A stretch of 64,000 bases of DNA, taken from Balanoglossus misakiensis (Eukaryota; Animalia; Hemichordata). Of this stretch, positions 9,461 to 20,598 are shown piece by piece (position 1 is the stretch's first letter; every line of letters starts with the position of its first letter). The position numbers were made by a program, and so were the translations under genes. Where the stretch lies: contig CM082580.2 of the NCBI GenBank assembly GCA_040954595.2, positions 548,783 to 612,782 on the forward strand, given 5' to 3'. The notes below the pieces were generated by a model. The model saw only the letters and a list, made by a program, of their open reading frames with translations, searched no databases and was not told the origin of the DNA.

Positions 9461-10474
9461 TCAGTGTGACGCGGAGATGTCTTTAATATGCTGACCCATT
9501 TGAAAGGACACCAGATAACGAGTCTGAAATGGAATGTTAAGATAACGGAGATACGCGCTGGATTGCCAATCCCCTTGGAGTTTGATAAGCTCCCCAGGGA
9601 CCCCACTTTCGAATGCAAAGGTTGCACCCCCACGACGGAGGCTGTGACCCGAGTACATGTCAGCAGGAAAGCCTGCCCTCTGAACTAAACATTTGATACT
9701 TTTCACCAGCCCTGAATGGGTCAAGGGGACCAATTTGCCACATTTGGGAAAAACAAATGCTGGGCTAGAGGGTGGGGCTGGGATGATCTCACACATGTGA
9801 TTGTATGCCTGTAAAGGGCACAACACCGAACCTGGAATGCGGGCAAGTGGAATAGTCAAACAGCGTTCGCGAAACTGAATGGTTTTTGACCAAGTCACGC
9901 CGATTATAAGGCCAGAATCTGAGGAAATGACTTTACCCCTACAGAGGTGTTTAGCCGGATCAAAGTCGGTTGCAGACTTCGGAACAAGATTTGACTTGCG
10001 AAAAAAGGAGAAAAACCCTATCAAAAGGCATGCCCACAAAGTAACATCGAATGGAACAGCCACATCTAGAAGCCCGAAAAACTGTAGCAACAACTGGGGA
10101 TGATGCCTCACTGGCTGGAAAGTGCTACGGGAAAGACATTTCAAAAGTAATTTGACAACATACTGATCAGCGGCCAATGGCGTGAAGCCATGGATTCTAT
10201 GCAAGGTACGAATTGCGTACAAATAATTCTGAATGGTGCCAGTAGCAGTTACTGATCTTGCAAGAAACTGGATAAATCTACACACTGTAAGAACAGATGA
10301 TGGAACAGGAGTAAAATTGAAAAACTGACAAAACAGGAAGTAACTCTTCAACTGTGACGACAAATTCCGACGAGTTCCTTCCGCTAATGCTGACCTCATT
10401 GAGATAGCGATTTGAGCGTCTAAGGCTTGGATAGTTTGGCAGTGATCTGAAATAAAAATAAAATCAGTCACCAC
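9461..10474 (-). CDS. Tyrosine recombinase, unit 2 (337 aa; net 12-bp in-frame deletion)
   Basis: Same as unit 1 except that QKLPITP becomes HHP near 10095-10105. Catalytic motifs are retained. Confidence 0.85.
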   Translation of the reverse strand: MVTDFIFISDHCQTIQALDAQIAISMRSALAEGTRRNLSSQLKSYFLFCQFFNFTPVPSSVLTVCRFIQFLARSVTATGTIQNYLYAIRTLHRIHGFTPLAADQYVVKLLLKCLSRSTFQPVRHHPQLLLQFFGLLDVAVPFDVTLWACLLIGFFSFFRKSNLVPKSATDFDPAKHLCRGKVISSDSGLIIGVTWSKTIQFRERCLTIPLARIPGSVLCPLQAYNHMCEIIPAPPSSPAFVFPKCGKLVPLTHSGLVKSIKCLVQRAGFPADMYSGHSLRRGGATFAFESGVPGELIKLQGDWQSSAYLRYLNIPFQTRYLVSFQMGQHIKDISASH

Positions 10475-12807
10475 TCATTGAGAAAGCGAATGTCATCCTC
10501 GGCGACTGGGTGCTCGGTCATTTGAGAAATATTAACAGATGATTTGAAGAGTTGCTCATAACTTGGGTCAAGATGCCAGCGACTGAGCGCATCAGCCAGC
10601 CGGTTCTCGGTGCCTGCGATGTGCACAGCACGTAGCTCAAACTCGTGAATCGCTGCTACCAGCCATAATTCCCTCAAGCAAGACAGCATTAGTTTATCCC
10701 TAGCTCTACCGGTATTAATGACCCAAACTGTTGCCTGGTTGTCGCAAGAGACCTGTATTTTCTTTCCAGACCATCTATCACCCCAAATTTTTGCCGCTAT
10801 AGTAATAGTGAGTAATTCGAGGGCATTAATGTGAGGGTCCCCAACCTTTACAAAGTCAGGGAACTCCACGTGGAAATACTCGTTGTCGCAAAGCCCCCCT
10901 CCCCCTGTTGGGCATGCATCCGAAGAAAATATTTCATCTGGCGGGCACCAACCTGACTCTTTAATGAGAGACACCCCATTATAAACCCTAATGAAATTAA
11001 TCCACCACCGTAGATCTGCCTTGAAATCACTGTTCAGATAGATATGGTAGTGATTGCGGGTGACGGTACGCAACACATCTAGCATTCTCGCCAGGAATAG
11101 CCTACCAGGCTTGACACATTTGGCAATAAAGGAAAGCTTGCCTATGAGTGATTGCAGCTCGCGCTTAGTTGCTTTTGTTTTAGTGACCCATACACCCAGC
11201 TCTTGCTCTATTTCATTAAGCCGGTCAGGAGTAACTTCCATAGTCATTGTAAGGGAGTTCAACTGGATTCCAAGAAAAGTCATGATTGATGACGGGGGCA
11301 CCGCTTTGTGTTTGGCTTCTTGCAAACCCAGTCTATCCAGCGTGTCACCTAGCTCCGCAAATGCCTTGTGGGCTTTGTTGGAGGTCTCTGCACCACCGAA
11401 GTCGTCAAGGTAATTAACACAGTCATACCCTTTCGTGGAATAGATATAAGAAACCGCATTAGTGGTGCGCTGGCAGGCTAGCGCTGCGGTTCGCAAGCCA
11501 AATGGCAATGTAAGGTCAAAGAACAATAAATTACGCCACGTGTAGCCCAGCAAATGGTAGTCCGCTGGATCGACTGGTATTTGCCGATAAGCTCTGCTTA
11601 AATCGCGCTTAAATAGGAGGCATCCCCTGCCCTTACGGGTCATCATTGCAGTGAAATCATCAATGGAAGGATATTGAAGCTGAAAACTCTCCCCAAGATA
11701 TTCCCCTTTGGGGATACCGTCATTTACTGAATGGTGGATTGGGGAACTAAGATCAAAGACTATACGCCGATTAACACTATCTTTTTTTTCGACAGTCTGA
11801 ATGGGGGAAGTACTGAGTGGTGTGGCAAGGGGGTTAGTTAAGAACGGACCCGCTGTAGCCCCGGCTGCGACTTCGTTAATGATCCAGTTGTCGACATGCG
11901 CCGAGTAATTTATAGCTGATGGGTGGTTTTTCACTGTAGAGTATGGCAATTCTGAGGCTGTATAGTAGACGGGCCAACCATATTGTAGGTAATCGCAGAT
12001 GATTTTGTCATCATATTGCTGCAATTCGGCTCGCCAAATTGGGATTTGAAGATTTGATGAAACGGGTATTCTGCAAAATTGAGAATTTGGTAAACCTGAT
12101 TCAACAACTATGTCATGAACGGTTATAACTTCTGTTAAATCAGGGGGTGACGCTTGTGGCCATGACGACGGGGGACAGACATCCCCGCCCACGGGAGTAT
12201 CTGATAACTCAGAATACTGCATATCATTGCCCAGTGGATAAGTGTCTGGAACACTGTGATCAACAAGGGTGGGGTTGGGAGGCCCCATATTTGGAACATT
12301 TTCCACAGTAAACATGTCACTAACAAAGACATCGTGGTCATCACTGATCATACCGTCAGATGAACCATGAGCGCTAATCTCACATGCAAATTCAGTGGTA
12401 TCACCGACGGTATGGGCTAGTGATTCAATAGGGATTTGCTTGTCAAGATCAGTCTCAATATCAGGTTCTATCAAATCAACTGTATGAGTTTTACAAAGGT
12501 ATTTGTCAACATTATCCCTGCTAACAGAGGTATCAAAACAACCTGTGTGTTCAGAGGCAACATTGGCAATGGTACATGTTACTGGCTCGTCAATCGAAAG
12601 CACTGGTTCAGAAATACTACTAGGGTTAACAATAGCATCCCGCAAAACCTCCGGGTTGCACATTGACAGGCTTCTTGAAATATCAATCTCCATGTCAGTT
12701 TGTACAGAGCGATCACACTTGTGCACTGCCTGATCTGTGATGCCCATCAATGTATAAAAGTCATTGATATTACACTCCGTACCTGCACTTTTGACTCTAT
12801 GGTTCAA
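10468..12807 (-). CDS. Reverse transcriptase-RNase H, unit 2, intact
   Basis: YLDD and RNase H motifs; near-identical to unit 1. Confidence 0.95.
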   Translation of the reverse strand: MNHRVKSAGTECNINDFYTLMGITDQAVHKCDRSVQTDMEIDISRSLSMCNPEVLRDAIVNPSSISEPVLSIDEPVTCTIANVASEHTGCFDTSVSRDNVDKYLCKTHTVDLIEPDIETDLDKQIPIESLAHTVGDTTEFACEISAHGSSDGMISDDHDVFVSDMFTVENVPNMGPPNPTLVDHSVPDTYPLGNDMQYSELSDTPVGGDVCPPSSWPQASPPDLTEVITVHDIVVESGLPNSQFCRIPVSSNLQIPIWRAELQQYDDKIICDYLQYGWPVYYTASELPYSTVKNHPSAINYSAHVDNWIINEVAAGATAGPFLTNPLATPLSTSPIQTVEKKDSVNRRIVFDLSSPIHHSVNDGIPKGEYLGESFQLQYPSIDDFTAMMTRKGRGCLLFKRDLSRAYRQIPVDPADYHLLGYTWRNLLFFDLTLPFGLRTAALACQRTTNAVSYIYSTKGYDCVNYLDDFGGAETSNKAHKAFAELGDTLDRLGLQEAKHKAVPPSSIMTFLGIQLNSLTMTMEVTPDRLNEIEQELGVWVTKTKATKRELQSLIGKLSFIAKCVKPGRLFLARMLDVLRTVTRNHYHIYLNSDFKADLRWWINFIRVYNGVSLIKESGWCPPDEIFSSDACPTGGGGLCDNEYFHVEFPDFVKVGDPHINALELLTITIAAKIWGDRWSGKKIQVSCDNQATVWVINTGRARDKLMLSCLRELWLVAAIHEFELRAVHIAGTENRLADALSRWHLDPSYEQLFKSSVNISQMTEHPVAEDDIRFLNEW

Positions 12808-13602
12808 TTTAGGAATTAAATTGCTGTCACAGTCATGAGAGTCTTGTTTAGACTTATCTACCTCTGCTTTAAATCAAGGGGTGACCCTTGTGGCCATGAC
12901 GACGGGGGACAGACATCCCCGCCCACGGGAGTATCTGATAACTCAGAATACTGCATATCATTGCCCAGTGGATAAGTGTCTGGAACACTGTGATCAACAA
13001 GGGTGGGGTTGGGAGGCCCCATATTTGGAACATTTTCCACAGTAAACATATCACTAACAAAGACATCGTGGTCATCACTGATCATACCGTCAGATGAACC
13101 ATGAGCGCTAATCTCACATGCAAATTCAGTGGTATCACCGACGGTATGGGCTAGTGATTCAATAGGGATTTGCTTGTCAAGATCAGTCTCAATATCAGGT
13201 TCTATCAAATCAACTGTATGAGTTTTACAAAGGTATTTGTCAACATTATCCCTGCTAACAGAGGTATCAAAACAACCTGTATATTCAGAGGCAACATTGG
13301 CAATGGTACATGTTACTGGCTCGTCAATCGAAAGCACTGGTTCAGAAATACTACTAGGGTTAACAATAGCATCCCGCAAAACCTCCGGGTTGCACATTGA
13401 CAGGCTTCTTGAAATATCAATCTCCATGTCAGTTTGTACAGAGCGATCACACTTGTGCACTGCCTGATCTGTGATGCCCATCAATGTATAAAAGTCATTG
13501 ATATTACACTCCGTGCCTGCACTTTTGACTCTATGGTTCAATTTAGGAATTAAATTGCTGTCACAGTCATGAGAGTCTTGTTTAGACTTATCTACCTCTG
13601 CT
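12135..13602. repeat. 734-bp internal tandem duplication, unit 2
   Basis: Copies at 12135-12868 and 12869-13602. Confidence 0.95.
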
Positions 13603-14774
13603 TTGCCAGAACTATCGGTCAACTTGTTGCTCTCTTGCTCTCTAAAGGCCTTATCCTTCCAGGGGCTGGCAATCTTGGGATGCTTGGCCAGGTTGTTACG
13701 CAACTTCATGCAGGCTTCACATATGTGTTTGAATGCGCAATCCTCCTTCTCGCACTTGTTACTTTGGTATTTGAAACATACATTAATCTGATCCTTCTTT
13801 TTGGATTTGTCCGCTGTTTTATCCCGTCTGATCTCGCCGATACGCGGCAGCAAATATAGCTCTCTCAGATCTGCGGTGTCATTTGCCCATGTTCTGAGTC
13901 CTGACTCCATGTCAGAGAGGAGCGCGCCCTCGAACTTCAAGATGGCGTCCCAGGGAAACAAATTGGCGTCTTTCATAAGCGACTGTAAGTGTTGTAATCG
14001 CTGCTGTTTCTCTGTGTCACTCAAAGTAGGAAGTTGCACTATCGCGAGATTACCTTCCACAAATTCCGCCATTCACATATCATCGAATTTTGGTGGGGCG
14101 CCCGAGAATGTCCGAGCCCTGACGAACATGTGCGGCCATAGGACGTGCTGTCGCACACGATCGGTTCTGGTGTTGAAGCGCATCGATTTCATTGGTACGT
14201 TACCTGCTTTGCTCTGCGCTGCTGTGTATAAACCGGACTGTGCCAGGAGTTGGTTCGGTTGGAGGTCTTCACCGCCGCCAGCGGCCCCTGTCGCTGGTAG
14301 CCACGGACTGCCTGATGGTAACGACCACTGCAATTGTGAGTCTTCTTTCGCCATCCTCTTGAGATCGGGTAGCGTGAGTTGACTCAGGTCGTGACTTCTG
14401 GGACTTCCGCTCGAAGCGGCTGGCGGGCTGCGTCGTTCCTTCTCCAGTTTCATTTCTTTTAGTTGTTTTCTTAAATTGTCTACTTCAGATTGCTCCTGCA
14501 GTCTCGCTATCTCCGCCTGCAACTTCTCTTTCTCTGACCTCACATCTTCCCCGTCAGATGAAGTGTCTTCTTCCTTGACAGGTTTGCTACATTTCCCGCC
14601 TTTCGAACGAGCTGACGCCATTGGTACTTTGGAAAGTTTGGTGGGGGGGACCACGCGAACTTTTCGACCGGTCGATGCTCTTGTCGTAGTCTTACTGCGA
14701 GTTGCAGGTCCCTTTTTGGCGACTGGACTGGGCTCTATTCCCAAATCCAGCAGCTGTTGTTCAGCGTTCTCCAT
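12858..14774 (-). pseudogene. ORF1 Gag-like, unit 2, interrupted by a nonsense codon
   Basis: TCA to TGA at codon 234 (14073-14075) splits it into 233-aa and 404-aa ORFs. Confidence 0.85.
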
Positions 14775-14791
14775 AATAATGGTGAGAAATT

Positions 14792-15061
14792 GAAATTGAG
14801 GCAGAGAGAGCGTGCACTGCAGGACACGCTCCGAACCCTTGAAGTGGCCGTGAGTGATGGATTATGGGATTTTTGAGGCTCGTTTGAGGTTGAGGGCGCC
14901 CCTTTTCGAGTTGCTTAATTGGGTAACATTATGCCGTTGATCGCAATGTTACCTAAATTACTTGAGATCTCTCTAACACACAAACCAAGGACACAGGTTT
15001 GGCAGCTGAAGGCAAGAGCCATTATTTATTTACGTGAACTGGGGGCTCTTGCAGGCCCAAC
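14792..15061 (-). repeat. Internal B-A junction between units 3 and 2 (A 14792-14955, B 14956-15061)
   Basis: Identical to 9147-9416. Confidence 0.9.
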
Positions 15062-15105
15062 CACTGCCAAACCCGGTCCGCCTCTCTGCTAGTGCCACAG
15101 TAAAA

Positions 15106-16130
15106 TCAGTGTGACGCGGAGATGTCTTTAATATGCTGACCCATTTGAAAGGACACCAGATAACGAGTCTGAAATGGAATGTTAAGATAACGGAGATACG
15201 CGCTGGATTGCCAATCCCCTTGGAGTTTGATAAGCTCCCCAGGGACCCCACTTTCGAATGCAAAGGTTGCACCCCCACGACGGAGGCTGTGACCCGAGTA
15301 CATGTCAGCAGGAAAGCCTGCCCTCTGAACTAAACATTTGATACTTTTCACCAGCCCTGAATGGGTCAAGGGGACCAATTTGCCACATTTGGGAAAATGA
15401 ATCCTGGGCTAGAGGGTGGGGCTGGGATGATCTCACACATGTGATTGTATGCCTGTAAAGGGCACAACACCGAACCTGGAATGCGGGCAAGTGGAATAGT
15501 CAAACAGCGTTCGCGAAACTGAATGGTTTTTGACCAAGTCACGCCGATTATAAGGCCAGAATCTGAGGAAATGACTTTACCCCTACAGAGGTGTTTAGCC
15601 GGATCAAAGTCGGTTGCAGACTTCGGAACAAGATTTGACTTGCGAAAAAAGGAGAAAAACCCTATCAAAAGGCATGCCCACAAAGTAACATCGAATGGAA
15701 CAGCCACATCTAGAAGCCCGAAAAACTGTAGCAACAACTGGGGGGTGATGGGTAATTTCTGCCTCACTGGCTGGAAAGTGCTACGGGAAAGACATTTCAA
15801 AAGTAATTTGACAACATACTGATCAGCGGCCAATGGCGTGAAGCCATGGATTCTATGCAAGGTACGAATTGCGTACAAATAATTCTGAATGGTGCCAGTA
15901 GCAGTTACTGATCTTGCAAGAAACTGGATAAATCTACACACTGTAAGAACAGATGCTGGAACAGGAGTAAAATTGAAAAACTGACAAAACAGGAAGTAAC
16001 TCTTCAACTGTGACGACAAATTCCGACGAGTTCCTTCCGCTAATGCTGACCTCATTGAGATAGCGATTTGAGCGTCTAAGGCTTGGATAGTTTGGCAGTG
16101 ATCTGAAATAAAAATAAAATCAGTCACCAC
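15106..16130 (-). pseudogene. Tyrosine recombinase, unit 3, frameshifted
   Basis: Net 1-bp loss near 15395-15405 (gggaaaatgaatcctggg vs gggaaaaacaaatgctggg) separates the HSLRR/Y region from the N-terminal part. Confidence 0.85.
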
Positions 16131-18450
16131 TCATTGAGAAAGCGAATGTCATCCTCGGCGACTGGGTGCTCGGTCATTTGAGAAATATTAACAGATGATT
16201 TGAAGAGTTGCTCATAACTTGGGTCAAGATGCCAGCGACTGAGCGCATCAGCCAGCCGGTTCTCGGTGCCTGCGATGTGCACAGCACGTAGCTCAAACTC
16301 GTGAATCGCTGCTACCAGCCATAATTCCCTCAAGCAAGACAGCATTAGTTTATCCCTAGCTCTACCGGTATTAATGACCCAAACTGTTGCCTGGTTGTCG
16401 CAAGAGACCTGTATTTTCTTTCCAGACCATCTATCACCCCAAATATTTGCCGCTATAGTAATAGTGAGTAATTCGAGGGCATTAATGTGAGGGTCCCCAA
16501 CCTTTACAAAGTCAGGGAACTCCACGTGGAAATACTCGTTGTCGCAAAGCCCCCCTCCCCCTGTTGGGCATGCATCCGAAGAAAATATTTCATCTGGCGG
16601 GCACCAACCTGACTCTTTAATGAGAGACACCCCATTATAAACCCTAATGAAATTAATCCACCACCGTAGATCTGCCTTGAAATCACTGTTTAGATGGTAG
16701 TGATTGCGGGTGACGGTACGCAACACATCTAGCATTCTCGCCAGGAATAGCCTACCAGGCTTGACACATTTGGCAATAAAGGAAAGCTTGCCTATGAGTG
16801 ATTGCAGCTCGCGCTTAGTTGCTTTTGTTTTAGTGACCCATACACCCAGCTCTTGCTCTATTTCATTAAGCCGGTCAGGAGTAACTTCCATAGTCATTGT
16901 AAGGGAGTTCAACTGGATTCCAAGAAAAGTCATGATTGATGACGGGGGCACCGCTTTGTGTTTGGCTTCTTGCAAACCCAGTCTATCCAGCGTGTCACCT
17001 AGCTCCGCAAATGCCTTGTGGGCTTTGTTGGAGGTCTCTGCACCACCGAAGTCGTCAAGGTAATTAACACAGTCATACCCTTTCGTGGAATAGAAACCGC
17101 ATTAGTGGTGCGCTGGCAGGCTAGCGCTGCGGTTCGCAAGCCAAATGGCAATGTAAGGTCAAAGAACAATAAATTACGCCACGTGTAGCCCAACAAATGG
17201 TAGTCCGCTGGATCGACTGGTATTTGCCGATAAGCTCTGCTTAAATCGCGCTTAAATAGGAGGCATCCCCTGCCCTTACGGGTCATCATTGCAGTGAAAT
17301 CATCAATGGAAGGATATTGAAGCTGAAAACTCTCCCCAAGATATTCCCCTTTGGGGATACCGTCATTTACTGAATGGTGGATTGGGGAACTAAGATCAAA
17401 GACTATACGCCGATTAACACTATCTTTTTTTTCGACAGTCTGAATGGGGGAAGTACTGAGTGGTGTGGCAAGGGGGTTAGTTAAGAACGGACCCGCTGTA
17501 GCCCCGGCTGCGACTTCGTTAATGATCCAGTTGTCGACATGCGCCGAGTAATTTATAGCTGATGGGTGGTTTTTCACTGTAGAGTATGGCAATTCTGAGG
17601 CTGTATAGTAGACGGGCCAACCATATTGTAGGTAATCGCAGATGATTTTGTCATCATATTGCTGCAATTCGGCTCGCCAAATTGGGATTTGAAGATTTGA
17701 TGAAACGGGTATTCTGCAAAATTGAGAATTTGGTAAACCTGATTCAACAACTATGTCATGAACGGTTATAACTTCTGTTAAATCAAGGGGTGACGCTTGT
17801 GGCCATGACGACGGGGGACAGACATCCCCGCCCACGGGAGTATCTGATAACTCAGAATACTGCATATCATTGCCCAGTGGATAAGTGTCTGGAACACTGT
17901 GATCAACAAGGGTGGGGTTGGGAGGCCCCATATTTGGAACATTTTCCACAGTAAACATATCACTAACAAAGACATCGTGGTCATCACTGATCATACCGTC
18001 AGAGGAACCATGAGCGCTAATCTCACATGCAAATTCAGTGGTATCACCGACGGTATGGGCTAGTGATTCAATAGGGATTTGCTTGTCAAGATCAGTCTCA
18101 ATATCAGGTTCTATCAAATCAACTGTATGAGTTTTACAAAGGTATTTGTCAACATTATCCCTGCTAACAGAGGTATCAAAACAACCTGTGTGTTCAGAGG
18201 CAACATTGGCAATGGTACATGTTACTGGCTCGTCAATCGAAAGCACTGGTTCAGAAATACTACTAGGGTTAACAATAGCATCCCGCAAAACCTCCGGGTT
18301 GCACATTGACAGGCTTCTTGAAATATCAATCTCCATGTCAGTTTGTACAGAGCGATCACACTTGTGCACTGCCTGATCTGTGATGCCCATCAATGTATAA
18401 AAGTCATTGATATTACACTCCGTACCTGCACTTTTGACTCTATGGTTCAA
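16124..18450 (-). pseudogene. Reverse transcriptase-RNase H, unit 3, frameshifted
   Basis: A 7-bp deletion near 17093, just before YLDD, and a 6-bp in-frame deletion near 16694. Confidence 0.88.
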
Positions 18451-19245
18451 TTTAGGAATTAAATTGCTGTCACAGTCATGAGAGTCTTGTTTAGACTTAT
18501 CTACCTCTGCTTTAAATCAAGGGGTGACCCTTGTGGCCATGACGACGGGGGACAGACATCCCCGCCCACGGGAGTATCTGATAACTCAGAATACTGCATA
18601 TCATTGCCCAGTGGATAAGTGTCTGGAACACTGTGATCAACAAGGGTGGGGTTGGGAGGCCCCATATTTGGAACATTTTCCACAGTAAACATATCACTAA
18701 CAAAGACATCGTGGTCATCACTGATCATACCGTCAGATGAACCATGAGCGCTAATCTCACATGCAAATTCAGTGGTATCACCGACGGTATGGGCTAGTGA
18801 TTCAATAGGGATTTGCTTGTCAAGATCAGTCTCAATATCAGGTTCTATCAAATCAACTGTATGAGTTTTACAAAGGTATTTGTCAACATTATCCCTGCTA
18901 ACAGAGGTATCAAAACAACCTGTATATTCAGAGGCAACATTGGCAATGGTACATGTTACTGGCTCGTCAATCGAAAGCACTGGTTCAGAAATACTACTAG
19001 GGTTAACAATAGCATCCCGCAAAACCTCCGGGTTGCACATTGACAGGCTTCTTGAAATATCAATCTCCATGTCAGTTTGTACAGAGCGATCACACTTGTG
19101 CACTGCCTGATCTGTGATGCCCATCAATGTATAAAAGTCATTGATATTACACTCCGTGCCTGCACTTTTGACTCTATGGTTCAATTTAGGAATTAAATTG
19201 CTGTCACAGTCATGAGAGTCTTGTTTAGACTTATCTACCTCTGCT
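17778..19245. repeat. 734-bp internal tandem duplication, unit 3
   Basis: Copies at 17778-18511 and 18512-19245. Confidence 0.95.
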
Positions 19246-20417
19246 TTGCCAGAACTATCGGTCAACTTGTTGCTCTCTTGCTCTCTAAAGGCCTTATCCT
19301 TCCAGGGGCAGGCAATCTTGGGATGCTTGGCCAGGTTGTTACGCAACTTCATGCAGGCTTCACATATGTGTTTGAATGCGCAATCCTCCTTCTCGCACTT
19401 GTTACTTTGGTATTTGAAACATACATTAATCTGATCCTTCTTTTTGGATTTGTCCGCTGTTTTATCCCGTCTGATCTTGCCGATACGCGGCAGCAAATAT
19501 AGCTCTCTCAGATCTGCGGTGTCATTTGCCCATGTTCTGAGTCCTGACTCCATGTCAGAGAGGAGCGCGCCCTCGAACTTCAAGATGGCGTCCCAGGGGA
19601 ACAAATTGGCGTCTTTCATAAGCGACTGTAAGTGTTGTAATCGCTGCTGTTTCTCTGTGTCACTCAAAGTAGGAAGTTGCACTATCGCGAGATTACCTTC
19701 CACAAATTCCGCCATTGACATATCATCGAATTTTGGTGGGGCGCCCGAGAATGTCCGAGCCCTGACGAACATGTGCGGCCATAGGACGTGCTGTCGCACA
19801 CGATCGGTTCTGGTGTTGAACCGCATCGATTTCATTGGTACGTTACCTGCTTTGCTCTGCGCTGCTGTGTATAAACCGGACTGTGCCAGGAGTTGGTTCG
19901 GTTGGAGGTCTTCACCGCCGCCAGCGGCTCCTGTTGCTGGTAGCCACGGACTGCCTGATGGTAACGACCACTGCAATTGTGAGTCTTCTTTCGCCATCCT
20001 CTTGAGATCGGGTAGCGTGAGTTGACTCAGGTCGTGACTTCTGGGACTTCCGCTCGAAGCGGCTGGCGGGCTGCGTCGTTCCTTCTCCAGTTTCATTTCT
20101 TTTAGTTGTTTTCTTAAATTGTCTACTTCAGATTGCTCCTGCAGTCTCGCTATCTCCGCCTGCAACTTCTCTTTCTCTGACCTCACATCTTCCCCGTCAG
20201 ATGAAGTGTCTTCTTCCTTGACAGGTTTGCTACATTTCCCGCCTTTCGAACGAGCTGACGCCATTGGTACTTTGGAAAGTTTGGTGGGGGGGACCACGCG
20301 AACTTTTCGACCGGTCGATGCTCTTGTCGTAGTCTTACTGCGAGTTGCAGGTCCCTTTTTGGCGACTGGACTGGGCTCTATTCCCAAATCCAGCAGCTGT
20401 TGTTCAGCGTTCTCCAT
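18501..20417 (-). CDS. ORF1 Gag-like protein, unit 3 (638 aa; HPKIAC zinc ligand present)
   Basis: As unit 1, but with a complete CCCH plus C-x2-C...H-x4-C ligand set. Confidence 0.8.
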   Translation of the reverse strand: MENAEQQLLDLGIEPSPVAKKGPATRSKTTTRASTGRKVRVVPPTKLSKVPMASARSKGGKCSKPVKEEDTSSDGEDVRSEKEKLQAEIARLQEQSEVDNLRKQLKEMKLEKERRSPPAASSGSPRSHDLSQLTLPDLKRMAKEDSQLQWSLPSGSPWLPATGAAGGGEDLQPNQLLAQSGLYTAAQSKAGNVPMKSMRFNTRTDRVRQHVLWPHMFVRARTFSGAPPKFDDMSMAEFVEGNLAIVQLPTLSDTEKQQRLQHLQSLMKDANLFPWDAILKFEGALLSDMESGLRTWANDTADLRELYLLPRIGKIRRDKTADKSKKKDQINVCFKYQSNKCEKEDCAFKHICEACMKLRNNLAKHPKIACPWKDKAFREQESNKLTDSSGKAEVDKSKQDSHDCDSNLIPKLNHRVKSAGTECNINDFYTLMGITDQAVHKCDRSVQTDMEIDISRSLSMCNPEVLRDAIVNPSSISEPVLSIDEPVTCTIANVASEYTGCFDTSVSRDNVDKYLCKTHTVDLIEPDIETDLDKQIPIESLAHTVGDTTEFACEISAHGSSDGMISDDHDVFVSDMFTVENVPNMGPPNPTLVDHSVPDTYPLGNDMQYSELSDTPVGGDVCPPSSWPQGSPLDLKQR

Positions 20418-20434
20418 AATAACGGTGAGAAATT

Positions 20435-20598
20435 GAAATTGAGGCAGAGAGAGCGAGCACTGCAGGACACGCTCCGAACCCTTGAAGTGGCCGTGAGTGA
20501 TGGATTATGGGATTTTTGAGGCTCGTTTGAGGTTGAGGGCGCCCCTTTTCGAGTTGCTTAATTGGGTAACATTATGCCGTTGATCGCAATGTTACCTA
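20435..20598 (-). repeat. Split direct repeat A1 (5' terminus of element)
   Basis: 164 bp ending ...gcaatgttaccta, after which the satellite resumes at catgatttt. Confidence 0.9.

Larger units (their letters stand above)
3236..20598 (-). mobile_element. Ngaro-like tyrosine-recombinase retrotransposon (DIRS order, split direct repeats), head-to-tail trimer
   Basis: Gag-like, RT (YLDD)/RNase H and YR (HSLRRG) ORFs are repeated three times in units of 5657, 5645 and 5643 bp. Repeats follow the A1...B1-A2...B2 arrangement. No methyltransferase domain, no ITRs and no TSD are visible. Confidence 0.92.

Noticed and set aside
4222-20436. Plus-strand ORFs inside the element (e.g. 8156-8737, 5409-5768, 8831-9148)
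   Set aside because: They are antisense shadows of real ORFs with no recognisable motifs, and they recur only because the unit is repeated.
3236-20598. DIRS1-type (ITR/ICR), PAT-type or LTR retrotransposon
   Set aside because: Terminal repeats are direct and split, not inverted. No methyltransferase domain follows RNase H, and there is no DDE integrase, protease, PBS or TSD.
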